Of a stretch of 64,000 bases of DNA, positions 1 through 9,586 are shown in pieces. A program made the position numbers and the translations under genes. The stretch's first letter is position 1, and each line of letters begins with the position of its first letter. The notes under the pieces were generated by a model. It worked only from the letters and a program-made list of their open reading frames with translations, was not told the origin of the DNA and did no database searches. The DNA lies in contig JBHPIO010000001.1 of assembly GCA_042568575.1 (NCBI GenBank), positions 96,001-160,000 on the forward strand, given 5' to 3'. Source of the stretch: Patescibacteria group bacterium (lineage in GTDB: Bacteria > Patescibacteriota > Gracilibacteria > UBA1369 > PNNO01).

Positions 1-26
1 GAGAAGACAGAAGAATAGACCAGAAG

Positions 27-989
27 TTATCGCAATTTATCCAGAACTCCCTTCAAATCGTTTGGGAGTTTTGTTTTTACAACAATTTCTTCACCATTAG
101 ACAATACAAACTTAAGCTGAGTTGCATGCAGAAACTGTCTCTTTAAACCCAAATCACCCATAACTGCATCGTTAAACTTCTTGTTTCCATAAACAGGATC
201 ACCAACAACAGGATAACCTATCGAATTACAGTGCACACGAATCTGATGCGTACGTCCTGTTTGAATCTGAACTGCCAGTAAGGAAAGCTTGTGACCTTCA
301 AACTGAAGATGCTCATCAACATGATAAGTAGTAACAGCATGCTTCCCTTCATCTTCAGGAGCAAGAAACATCTTCGTTGGATTACGTTTTCCCCGCATTA
401 TTGGGGAATCAATCGTCCCATCCTCTGGATTCAAATGTCCAAAAACCAAAGCTGTATAAGTCTTTTCAATATTTCTGTTTTTAAAAAGATCCACAAGATA
501 CTCATGAATCTCATTATTTTTTGCAACAACAATCAACCCCGAAGTGTCTTTATCTAAACGATGCACAATCCCGGGGCGAAGATCACCATTAAGATTACTC
601 AAACCCTCAGCCCCATACTTATTTAAAAGGGCATTAACAAGCGTTCCTTCCATATGCCGACCGTCTTCAGTCGGATGAACAATCATACCCGCAGGTTTAT
701 TAATAATCGCAAAATCATCATTTTCAAATACTGCCTCAAGCGGGATATCTTCTTTTTGCGGAATCTTTGAAACAGGAGCCGGCAATTTTATAGAAATCTC
801 TTGGTCTATTGCAACATTAAAATGCGGATTTACCGCTTTGGAATCAACAAGGACATCACCCTTTTCGATCATTTTTTTAAATGCGGTGCGCGAAAAGCCA
901 GGAATATGTTTAACAAGAAATTTATCAATTCTTATTGATGCATCTTCTTCACTTACGATTAACTTTATTTCTTTTTGGCTGCTTTCCAT
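27..989 (-). CDS. rluD: RluA/RluD family 23S rRNA pseudouridine synthase
   Basis: N-terminal S4-like RIDKFL segment; INKPAGMIVHP, catalytic HRLDKDTSG, TGRTHQIRVH and GDPVYG motifs. Confidence 0.93.
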   Translation of the reverse strand: MESSQKEIKLIVSEEDASIRIDKFLVKHIPGFSRTAFKKMIEKGDVLVDSKAVNPHFNVAIDQEISIKLPAPVSKIPQKEDIPLEAVFENDDFAIINKPAGMIVHPTEDGRHMEGTLVNALLNKYGAEGLSNLNGDLRPGIVHRLDKDTSGLIVVAKNNEIHEYLVDLFKNRNIEKTYTALVFGHLNPEDGTIDSPIMRGKRNPTKMFLAPEDEGKHAVTTYHVDEHLQFEGHKLSLLAVQIQTGRTHQIRVHCNSIGYPVVGDPVYGNKKFNDAVMGDLGLKRQFLHATQLKFVLSNGEEIVVKTKLPNDLKGVLDKLR

Positions 990-1753
990 GCTAATTCAAA
1001 CATTGCTTTATGAACTTTGTAAATTTCATGACTCTCGATAATTACTCCAAGTAATTCGTCTTTGACCAAAGAAACAAGAGTCACTTTGTCATTGTAGATG
1101 TTTAATCCTATATTGAAAGGAGAAATTTCTTTAGGAATCCATTTGAAATCTAAAAGAGAGCCTACCTTCTTCTTATCAACAGGATAATCTTTAACAATAT
1201 ATTTGCGAGCTAAAGGGCTATCAATAAATAACGCCTGAAGTGGAATTTTATGCTTTTCAACCCTTAATTTGCCATATTCAACAAGATAGTCCTGCAGCAC
1301 TTCTGTACTATTAAACCACGCATCTAAAGAATCCCAACTTTGCAGAGTTTCCGTAGAGGTAAGAGTATCTTCCATCGCACGAATAACACCTTTTTCTCCT
1401 TCGTAAAAACGAACTTTGGGTTTAACGCTTAATGGACTTGCAAGCCCATAAAGATCGGGAAGTATAGTTTTTAAATTTTGCCGCGTTTTCTTTAACTTAG
1501 ATTCTTGCTTTTTGATAGACTTAACAATAATTTGCGGATCAGCGGCAGTAAAATACTTAACATCTGCCCGCATGTACTGATTCACAAATCCTCTTTTTAT
1601 TAAACTATCCAAAATCAGATATGTACTCGAACGATTTATATCGGATTTTTTACCAATTACACTTGCCGGTTGAGAACCAAGTTCAAGCAAAGCCAGATAA
1701 ACTGAAATCTCTTTTTCATTCAAACCGACTTGTTGGAGAACGTCGATAACCAT
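965..1753 (-). CDS. TrmB-family helix-turn-helix transcriptional regulator
   Basis: LQQVGLNEKEISVYLALLELG...RSSTYLILDSLIKRGFV winged HTH and PKVRFYEG motif typical of CPR TrmB paralogues; ATG at 1753 preferred over the upstream GTG. Confidence 0.85.
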   Translation of the reverse strand: MVIDVLQQVGLNEKEISVYLALLELGSQPASVIGKKSDINRSSTYLILDSLIKRGFVNQYMRADVKYFTAADPQIIVKSIKKQESKLKKTRQNLKTILPDLYGLASPLSVKPKVRFYEGEKGVIRAMEDTLTSTETLQSWDSLDAWFNSTEVLQDYLVEYGKLRVEKHKIPLQALFIDSPLARKYIVKDYPVDKKKVGSLLDFKWIPKEISPFNIGLNIYNDKVTLVSLVKDELLGVIIESHEIYKVHKAMFELAWKAAKKK

Positions 1754-1866
1754 ATGAATAAAAGTGAGTAATAAAACAAATTTTGTTGTTGGCACCCACC
1801 AACACCCCCATTATTGCAATTCAACAAGATAAAAGCAATATGACATCTAAAAGTGACCTAGAGGCG

Positions 1867-1895
1867 TTGATAATTTCTCCCAATTTTTGTATCAT
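1867..1895 (+). promoter_or_regulatory. sigma70-type promoter upstream of a candidate sRNA
   Basis: TTGATA-17 bp-TATCAT. Confidence 0.55.
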
Positions 1896-1898
1896 ATA

Positions 1899-1988
1899 GG
1901 TGCAGCTAGTTGGTTGAGGACTATAAAATCTTCATCAACTAGCTACACCAAAAGAGAAGAAGCACGAGCGCGCTTCTTCTTTTTTTAT
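1899..1988 (+). ncRNA. candidate small hairpin ncRNA (unknown family)
   Basis: about 21-bp imperfect stem GGTGCAGCTAGTTGGTTGAGGA / TCTTCATCAACTAGCTACACC between a promoter and an intrinsic terminator; no ORF. Confidence 0.45.
1951..1988 (+). terminator. intrinsic terminator
   Basis: AGAAGAAGC-acgagcgc-GCTTCTTCT followed by a T run and preceded by an A run. Confidence 0.75.
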
Positions 1989-2060
1989 TCAGGTTTACAG
2001 CAAACCCAAAAATCCTTATGATTTAGTAAGAAAATATTACATTACTTAAACTATATAAAA

Positions 2061-3251
2061 ATGGCTGACAAAAAGATCGACGAAGTATTAAGCAGAGGAG
2101 TTGTGGAAGTAATTCAAAAAGATGAACTCAAAAAGAAACTCGCTTCAGGAAAACCTTTAAGAATCAAACTAGGAATCGACCCTTCTGGGGCTGATTTGCA
2201 TATAGGCCACATGGTGGTAATCAAAAAACTTAAGGAATTCCAGGATTTAGGACATCAAATCATTTTGTTGTTTGGAAATTTCACCGGTCAGATTGGTGAC
2301 CCAACCGGGAAAATGGAAACAAGAGCAGCCAAAACAAAAGAAGAGCTCGAAAAAAATGCTAAGAAATATGTTGATCAAGTTAAGTTCTTTCTCGACACAG
2401 ATAAGGTAGAAGTTAGATGGAATGCAGATTGGCTAGAAAAGCTTAATTTTGCTGATGTAATTCAGCTTGCTTCGTGCTTCACTGTCGCTCAGATGATGGA
2501 AAGAGACATGTTTAAAGAACGAGCAAACAATAATCTTCCAATCTCAATGCATGAATTCATGTATCCACTCATGCAAGGGTACGATTCAGTAGCATTAGAA
2601 GCTGATTTAGAGCTTGGAGGGACTGATCAAACTTTCAACCTACTTGCTGGTAGAACTATCCAAAAAGCGTACGGAAAGACTCCTCAAGACGTGTTGACTG
2701 TCCCAATCCTTGAAGGAACAGATGGTGTTAAGAAAATGGGTAAGTCAGAAGACAACTACATTGCAGTAGATGATGCACCTAAAGATATGTTTGGAAAAGT
2801 AATGAGTATTCCAGACGAACTAATTCTGAAATATTTTGAACTCGCAACAGAGGTGCCGACAGAACAAATCAAAGAATATGGACTAGCAATTGAAAATGGC
2901 GAAAACCCTATGAAATACAAGAAAATCCTTGGTCAAGAAATCATTAAAATCTATCATGACGAAGCAGCCGGAGAAAAAGCTCAGGAAGAGTTTGAGAATG
3001 TTTTCAGGGAACACAAGCTTCCAGAAGATATTGAATCGGTAAAAGTTGCAGAGCCAGAAATGAAACTTATTGATGTGATTGCAGAAACTGGCATGACCGC
3101 TTCAAAAAGCGAAGCACGAAGAATGATCCAGCAGGGAGCGGTTAAAGTAAATGAATCAAAAGTCGACGATGTTGATAAAATTATAGACTTCAATAAAGAA
3201 ACATTATTGCAGGTTGGGAAAAGGAAGTTCTTAAAAGTTGTTAAAGGATAA
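2061..3251 (+). CDS. tyrS: tyrosine--tRNA ligase
   Basis: KLGIDPS, HIGH, GGTDQ, KMGKS motifs; C-terminal S4 domain. Confidence 0.97.
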   Translation: MADKKIDEVLSRGVVEVIQKDELKKKLASGKPLRIKLGIDPSGADLHIGHMVVIKKLKEFQDLGHQIILLFGNFTGQIGDPTGKMETRAAKTKEELEKNAKKYVDQVKFFLDTDKVEVRWNADWLEKLNFADVIQLASCFTVAQMMERDMFKERANNNLPISMHEFMYPLMQGYDSVALEADLELGGTDQTFNLLAGRTIQKAYGKTPQDVLTVPILEGTDGVKKMGKSEDNYIAVDDAPKDMFGKVMSIPDELILKYFELATEVPTEQIKEYGLAIENGENPMKYKKILGQEIIKIYHDEAAGEKAQEEFENVFREHKLPEDIESVKVAEPEMKLIDVIAETGMTASKSEARRMIQQGAVKVNESKVDDVDKIIDFNKETLLQVGKRKFLKVVKG

Positions 3252-3289
3252 ACCGCTGTGATAGAATTAGTCACCAATAAAGAGTTTTT

Positions 3290-5329
3290 ATGCTAAAAAC
3301 GCCTCTTAAAGATATATTAAGGACAACATCGAAACACCTGGGTAAGCTAAAAGACCTCGGGATAAAAACAGCCGAAGATCTGCTTCTGTATTTTCCGCGA
3401 ACATACAACGATCGGAGCGATCTCACCAAGATTGCAGAACTACGGACAGACCAGATTAACACGGTTAGGGGCACTCTCACCAGTTTTTTTAGTCAACGAA
3501 CCAAATACGGCAAATATATAAGCCGTGGTGTACTTACAGATAGCACTGGTAGCATCGAAGTCATTTGGTTTAATCAGCCGCATTTAAGTCGAATGCTCTT
3601 TAAAGGAATGGAGATTATCCTAACAGGTAAGCTTAAGTTTTCGTTCGGCAAGATGAGCATGCAAAGTCCAGCGTACGAACTTGTTCAGGAGGAACAGATT
3701 CACACAGCCAGAATCGTTCCGACATATCACGAAACCGAAGGGATTTCTTCAAAATGGATACGTGAGAAAATCAAACCACTTATCGACGACTGGTCTAAGC
3801 ACTTTAGAGAATATATGCCGCTCGACATTATAGATAAACATGGCTTTCTTCTGCATAGTGAGGCAATCAAGCAGGCGCATTTTCCGGAAGATGAAGAAAT
3901 GTTAAACAAAGCAAAAGAACGTCTGAGTTTCGACGAGCTTTTCTTGCTTCAGCTAAAAGCGCTTCAGAAAAAATGGCACTGGCAACAAATAGCTGCAGAA
4001 GAACAAAAGCAAATCCCAAGAGACAAGGTGCTCATAGAAGAGTTCATGAATAAACTTCCTTTTGAATTAACAGGTGCACAAAAAAAATCGCTTGATGAAA
4101 TTCTAACCGATATCGAAAAACCATATCCAATGAGTCGTCTTGTTCAAGGAGACGTTGGGTCAGGGAAAACAATCGTTGCTGCCATCGCAGTTTTGAATGT
4201 AATTAAAGCCGGATTTCAATGTGCATTGATGGCGCCAACAGAAATTCTCGCAAAACAGCATTATGAAGGCATTTCAAAGTATCTGCTTCCATACGGATTC
4301 AATATAAAATTCGTATCAGGAAGTGTAACTGATAAGAATAAAAAGGAAATCATCCAGCAAATGAAAGGTGGAACAGTTGATATGGTAATTGGAACACACG
4401 CGCTCATTCAGGAAGGCGTTGGATTTAAGAATCTTGGCCTTGCAATCATAGATGAACAACATCGGTTTGGTGTGAAACAAAGGAGTATTTTAAAGAGCTT
4501 CGGAAGTCCGCATCTACTAAGTTTGTCCGCTACACCAATTCCACGAACACTCGCAATGACAATTTACGGAGATCAGGATCTTTCAATCATTGATGAGATG
4601 CCGAAAGGAAGAAAGCCGATTATTACGAGGATTGTTCCGGAGAAAAAACGTAACGATGCAAATTTGTGGATTAAGGATCACGTTCTTAAAGGACGTCAGG
4701 TTTTCGTGATCTGCCCGTTGATAGATGAATCCGATACTCTCGAAGTGAAGTCTGTAATTCAGGAATATGACCGCCTCCGTGAACATATTTTCAAAGAGTT
4801 CGAAGTAGGTCTTCTACATGGAAGGCTAAAGTCACAAGACAAGGAAGAAATAATGAACCTGTTTAATGACAATAAAATAAACATTCTTGTATCAACATCC
4901 GTTGTCGAGGTTGGAATAGATGTGCCTAACGCAACAATCATGATGATCGAAGGCGCAGAGCGATTTGGTTTATCACAACTGCATCAGTTTAGAGGGCGAG
5001 TTGGTAGGGGAGAGCACCAATCATATTGCTTCCTATTTTCAGGCGCGCAATCAGAAGAAACTCAAAAACGACTTTCCGCAATGGTAAAGCACAATTCAGG
5101 GTTTGACCTTGCTGAAATAGATCTGGAATTACGCGGTCCAGGTGAAATTTACGGAGTTCGCCAAAGTGGAATCCCTGATTTAAAAATGGCATCACTTACA
5201 GATTCAAAAACAATTGAAAAAGCCCGGATAGAAGCGCAAGCAATCATAGACAGAGATCCAAAACTTATTCAGTATCCTAAGCTGCTGGAGAAGATTGCGG
5301 AATACGAGGATGTTTTTGTGAAGGATTAG
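3290..5329 (+). CDS. recG: ATP-dependent DNA helicase RecG
   Basis: QGDVGSGKT, DEQHRFGV, SATPIPRT, QFRGRVGRG, DLELRGPGE motifs; N-terminal wedge OB domain. Confidence 0.97.
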   Translation: MLKTPLKDILRTTSKHLGKLKDLGIKTAEDLLLYFPRTYNDRSDLTKIAELRTDQINTVRGTLTSFFSQRTKYGKYISRGVLTDSTGSIEVIWFNQPHLSRMLFKGMEIILTGKLKFSFGKMSMQSPAYELVQEEQIHTARIVPTYHETEGISSKWIREKIKPLIDDWSKHFREYMPLDIIDKHGFLLHSEAIKQAHFPEDEEMLNKAKERLSFDELFLLQLKALQKKWHWQQIAAEEQKQIPRDKVLIEEFMNKLPFELTGAQKKSLDEILTDIEKPYPMSRLVQGDVGSGKTIVAAIAVLNVIKAGFQCALMAPTEILAKQHYEGISKYLLPYGFNIKFVSGSVTDKNKKEIIQQMKGGTVDMVIGTHALIQEGVGFKNLGLAIIDEQHRFGVKQRSILKSFGSPHLLSLSATPIPRTLAMTIYGDQDLSIIDEMPKGRKPIITRIVPEKKRNDANLWIKDHVLKGRQVFVICPLIDESDTLEVKSVIQEYDRLREHIFKEFEVGLLHGRLKSQDKEEIMNLFNDNKINILVSTSVVEVGIDVPNATIMMIEGAERFGLSQLHQFRGRVGRGEHQSYCFLFSGAQSEETQKRLSAMVKHNSGFDLAEIDLELRGPGEIYGVRQSGIPDLKMASLTDSKTIEKARIEAQAIIDRDPKLIQYPKLLEKIAEYEDVFVKD

Positions 5330-6657
5330 AACTGAGTCCCTAGTGCATTCATAATACTCTGCGCCTTATGAAGCGTTTCCTCATATTCCATAGCAGGATC
5401 GGAATCGTAAACAACCGCACCACCGATATTGAAGTACAGATTATCTTTATGAACAATCGCAGTTCGAATAACTATGCTTGAGTCAAAGCGTTGGTCGTTT
5501 GCTATAAAGATTGTTCCGGTGTAGATGCCGCGCGTGTAATTCTCTAGTTCATCGATAATTTCCATGCTTCGGATTTTGGGGCAGCCTGTTATTGACCCGC
5601 CGGGGAAACACGCGCGCAGAAGCGATCCGTAGTTTTCCTTAAGTCTTAACTTTCCTTCAATAATCGAGACCAAATGCCAGACATTCGGATATTCTTCCAC
5701 CCTTTTGTGCTCTCGAACTTTCACAGAACCATATTCGCTAACCTTCCCAAGATCGTTCCGCAAAAGATCAACTATCATAGCAAGTTCCGCATCATCTTTT
5801 GTTGATCGCGCGAGCTCATCTCTAATTTGAATATCTTCTTCTGGAGTTTTTCCTCTTGGAGCTGTGCCTTTAATCGGCCTTGATTCAACAAAATCTTTAT
5901 CAGCATATAGAAATCGTTCTGGCGAACTTGAAATTATCACATGATCTCCAAAAGGGAGATAAGCCGAGAATGGAGCAGGATTAAGTTCATACAACCGCTT
6001 AAAAACAGCATAGGGATGTCCTTTAAATGGAACCTCGCATCGATGAGAAAGACTCACTTCATATACATCACCTTTAACAATATAATCCATTATTTCATTA
6101 ACTTTTTTCATATATACATCTTTGCTGCAGCAATTAATTGGTCCTTCAACATTAAACTCATATTTGGAAGCAGGTTCATTAAACTTTCTGAATATCTCTC
6201 GTGAATCAGTAAAATCGTCATCTTCAACTTTAATCTGAACAAGGAATTTTTTATCCTCATGTAAATCATAAATAATCATGTCCTTGTAAAAAACAATCTC
6301 CATATCGGACATTTTGAGATCATTTTTTGTGGTGCGCGGTAATTTCTCTACATAGTGACCTGCATCATACGAGAAATATCCAATTCCTCCCCACAAGTTC
6401 ACAGGATAACTAAATTCTTTAACACTGTAGTGATCCAAAACTTGCTGGAATTCAGCAAACGGATCATTGGTAAATTTGGCTTTATAAAAAGGATTCAGAC
6501 CAATAAACGCATATCGACCATTATCTTTACCACCTTTCCCGCAAAGCAGGGAAGTGTAAGGAATATCAGCGAAATTTGCATACAACTCTTCTGGAGATTT
6601 AGTTATTTTAATCTCCTCGAATTGCACAGATTCTATTTTGGGCAAATTCTCATTCAA
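5326..6657 (-). CDS. pabB: aminodeoxychorismate synthase component I (PabB/TrpE chorismate-binding family)
   Basis: SSSPERF, RPIKGT, MIVDLLRNDLG, FPGGSITGCPK, IVIRT; PIKGT favours PabB over TrpE; TTG start. Confidence 0.85.
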   Translation of the reverse strand: MNENLPKIESVQFEEIKITKSPEELYANFADIPYTSLLCGKGGKDNGRYAFIGLNPFYKAKFTNDPFAEFQQVLDHYSVKEFSYPVNLWGGIGYFSYDAGHYVEKLPRTTKNDLKMSDMEIVFYKDMIIYDLHEDKKFLVQIKVEDDDFTDSREIFRKFNEPASKYEFNVEGPINCCSKDVYMKKVNEIMDYIVKGDVYEVSLSHRCEVPFKGHPYAVFKRLYELNPAPFSAYLPFGDHVIISSSPERFLYADKDFVESRPIKGTAPRGKTPEEDIQIRDELARSTKDDAELAMIVDLLRNDLGKVSEYGSVKVREHKRVEEYPNVWHLVSIIEGKLRLKENYGSLLRACFPGGSITGCPKIRSMEIIDELENYTRGIYTGTIFIANDQRFDSSIVIRTAIVHKDNLYFNIGGAVVYDSDPAMEYEETLHKAQSIMNALGTQF

Positions 6658-6722
6658 TATTTAACTTAAATTAGTGACCAAACCGCTAAACAATAATATG
6701 TATAAGCGTCAATCCTGTAAAG

Positions 6723-6751
6723 TTGACCTTGGTAGTATTATGCATTATAAT
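6723..6751 (+). promoter_or_regulatory. sigma70 promoter of the pilus operon
   Basis: TTGACC-17 bp-TATAAT. Confidence 0.7.
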
Positions 6752-6824
6752 AATATAATATTAAAGAAAAATTTTTTGTTTTCTGAGGAGCACAGAAACG
6801 TTTTGTGTCCTTTTTTATATAATT

Positions 6825-8495
6825 ATGAAAATAAAGAATTTAAAAGAATTTACAAGTTATTTACTTGAAAACAACTTCGTTAATCAAGCTCAACTAAATG
6901 ACGCCCTAAATTTATCCAAAAAGAAAGGTCTTCCTTTGGACCAAGCGTTAGTTGAAGCCAATGCAATAAACGATGAACATCTAGGGCAATTGATTGCCAC
7001 ACATAATAACTGGAAGTTCATCAATTTAAAGAAAGAAATTATTGATCATACACTCTTAAGGAAAATTCCTGAAGAAGTGGCGCGTAATCAGCAAATCATT
7101 GCCTATAAAAAATCTCAATTTGGCATAGAAATTGCAACAAATGATCCCTCAAACACAATCCTAATTCATTTGTTAACAAAAAAGCTGGGACAAAATCTCA
7201 ACATCCATTACGCAACAGTAAACGATATTTCTCAGCATTTTAAACTCTACAAATCTGATATTGGAAAGGAATTTGAGGACATCATCGCAGTGCAAGAAGA
7301 GAAAACAATCAAAAACTATAGCAGCACAATTCAAATTGTTAATATGTTACTCACTCGTGGATACGAGAAAAGTGCTTCGGATATACATATTGATCCAACT
7401 GAAAATGACACAAGCATCCGTTTTAGAATAGACGGTGTAATGCACGATATCATCAATATTCCAAGAAATATTCACGAATCGCTTATTTCAAGAATTAAAG
7501 TGATGTCGCATCTTCGCACAGATGAACATCAAGTTCCACAAGACGGTAAACTGCGATTTGAAATAAATGGTGAAAAAGTAGATGTCCGTGTTTCTATTGT
7601 CCCAACAACCAAAGGAGAAAACGTTGTTATGAGATTGCTGTCAGAAAAGAGTAAACAATATGCACTTGAGGAATTGGGACTCTCGAATAAAGATTATACA
7701 AAACTCTCTAAGGCAATTAAAAAACCTTGGGGGATGATTTTATCTACAGGCCCTACAGGAAGCGGGAAAACAACTATGCTTTATTCAATTCTAAAAATCC
7801 TAAATAGATCTGAAGTACACATAGCAACAATCGAAGACCCGGTTGAATACAATGTAGATGAGATAACTCAAATTCAAGTTAATCCAAAAACAAAATTAAC
7901 GTTTGGAGAAGGACTTAAGTCTATTGTTAGGCAAGATCCAGATATAATTATGGTAGGGGAGATACGTGATAAAGAAACTGCCGGTATTGCCATAAATTCA
8001 GCGATGACAGGCCATTTGGTGCTCTCAACTCTTCATACTAACGACGCATCCACTACATTGCCTCGTATTTTGGATATGGGGATTGAGCCATTTCTAATTG
8101 CATCAACTGCAAATATCGCTATTGGGCAAAGGCTAGTTCGAAAGATTTGCATAAAATGTGTCCAAAGTTACGAAACCACGGTTGATAGTTTAAAAGAAAA
8201 AGTCCCCACTTCTATAGCTGAAAAAATTATGGGTGATAAGAAAACAATCATGACTTATGAAGGCAAGGGATGCGATCTTTGTAATCACACAGGGTATCAT
8301 GGACGAACAGGTGTATTTGAAATTCTTGAAATAGATAACGATATCAAAAAAATGATTATGGAAAATGCTGATGCCGATGAAGTAAAGAAAAAAGCTGTAG
8401 AAAAAGGCATGACAACTATGTTCGATGACGCCTTAGACAAAGCATTAAATGGGATAATCACAGTTGAAGAGTTGTTTAGAGTAATAAAAATATAA
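6825..8495 (+). CDS. pilB: type IV pilus assembly ATPase PilB/GspE
   Basis: ASDIHIDP, PQDG, Walker A GPTGSGKTT, TIEDPVEY, RQDPDIIMVGEIRD, His box, tetracysteine Zn motif. Confidence 0.95.
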   Translation: MKIKNLKEFTSYLLENNFVNQAQLNDALNLSKKKGLPLDQALVEANAINDEHLGQLIATHNNWKFINLKKEIIDHTLLRKIPEEVARNQQIIAYKKSQFGIEIATNDPSNTILIHLLTKKLGQNLNIHYATVNDISQHFKLYKSDIGKEFEDIIAVQEEKTIKNYSSTIQIVNMLLTRGYEKSASDIHIDPTENDTSIRFRIDGVMHDIINIPRNIHESLISRIKVMSHLRTDEHQVPQDGKLRFEINGEKVDVRVSIVPTTKGENVVMRLLSEKSKQYALEELGLSNKDYTKLSKAIKKPWGMILSTGPTGSGKTTMLYSILKILNRSEVHIATIEDPVEYNVDEITQIQVNPKTKLTFGEGLKSIVRQDPDIIMVGEIRDKETAGIAINSAMTGHLVLSTLHTNDASTTLPRILDMGIEPFLIASTANIAIGQRLVRKICIKCVQSYETTVDSLKEKVPTSIAEKIMGDKKTIMTYEGKGCDLCNHTGYHGRTGVFEILEIDNDIKKMIMENADADEVKKKAVEKGMTTMFDDALDKALNGIITVEELFRVIKI

Positions 8496-8497
8496 AC

Positions 8498-9580
8498 ATG
8501 CTAAATAAAAAACTAAACTGGCATAAAGAAATAAATATCGGCGGAATAAAACAAGTCGATATTTTACTTTTCACTAAACACTTATCCGTCGCCTTAGAAA
8601 GCGGCTTAACTCTTGTAGAAGGGTTAGAACTTTTGCGCGATCAAGCAAAAGGAAAAATGAAAATGGTTATTAACGGCATTCACGAAACTGTTTATAGTGG
8701 AAAATCATTTCACGAAGCATTGAATCCTCACACCAAATATTTTTCTGCTATATACATAAACATGGTAAAATCTGGAGAACTTTCAGGGACATTACAAGAA
8801 AATCTCGCAAGACTTAGCGATCAATTGAATAAAAAGCTAAAAATAAAGAAAAAGGTGAAATCAGCAATGCTTTACCCTATGTTTATTTTCATTGCGATAT
8901 TTGGACTCGGCATGTCTGTGGCAATCTTTGTTTTACCAAAAATCCTGCCACTATTCAAAATCCTTGATGTTGAACTTCCCGTAACCACAAAAGCACTAAT
9001 ATATGTTGCCGAACTATTCGAGACACAAGGATTGCTTATTTTTGCAGGAATGATAGTTGGAACAATTTTTCTCATATGGTTTTTTAAAGCAGATTTTATG
9101 AAACCTATTAGCCATCGAATAATGCTAAAAATTCCAATAATCAAACACATAATCATTAAAGTTAATTTGGAAAGATTCCTATACACTCTTGGGACATTGC
9201 TTGAAAGCGGAATATCCCTAGATCAAGCCATTAAAATAACAACATCTGCAACAGACAACAGAGTCTACAAGAAAATCATTGGATCATTTTTACAGGATAT
9301 TGAAGCTGGGAAGAACTTAGCATCATCTTTGGTAAGTGATCCCAAGTTGTTTCCAATCATTGTGTCTAGAATGGTTGGAGTAGGAGAGAGAACCGGAAAT
9401 TTACACAGTACTCTTAAATATCTATCTAAATTTTACGAAGAAGAGATTGATTCATCTATGAAAAACCTATCAACCATAATCGAACCGGTGTTATTAATAT
9501 TTATTGGGATAATTGTAGGAACAGTTGCAATTTCCATTCTCGGACCAATTTATCAAATCACCGGAAGCCTTAGAAACTAA
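8498..9580 (+). CDS. pilC: type IV pilus platform protein PilC/GspF
   Basis: two T2SS-F repeats (MVKSGELSGTL, MVGVGERTGNL), AMLYP, IIEP, three TM helices. Confidence 0.93.
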   Translation: MLNKKLNWHKEINIGGIKQVDILLFTKHLSVALESGLTLVEGLELLRDQAKGKMKMVINGIHETVYSGKSFHEALNPHTKYFSAIYINMVKSGELSGTLQENLARLSDQLNKKLKIKKKVKSAMLYPMFIFIAIFGLGMSVAIFVLPKILPLFKILDVELPVTTKALIYVAELFETQGLLIFAGMIVGTIFLIWFFKADFMKPISHRIMLKIPIIKHIIIKVNLERFLYTLGTLLESGISLDQAIKITTSATDNRVYKKIIGSFLQDIEAGKNLASSLVSDPKLFPIIVSRMVGVGERTGNLHSTLKYLSKFYEEEIDSSMKNLSTIIEPVLLIFIGIIVGTVAISILGPIYQITGSLRN

Positions 9581-9586
9581 ACAAAT

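Noticed and set aside
1899-2060. T-box or tRNA-like leader for tyrS
   Set aside because: No GGTGG.ACC T-box motif and no cloverleaf; the CC of the apparent CCA is paired in the stem
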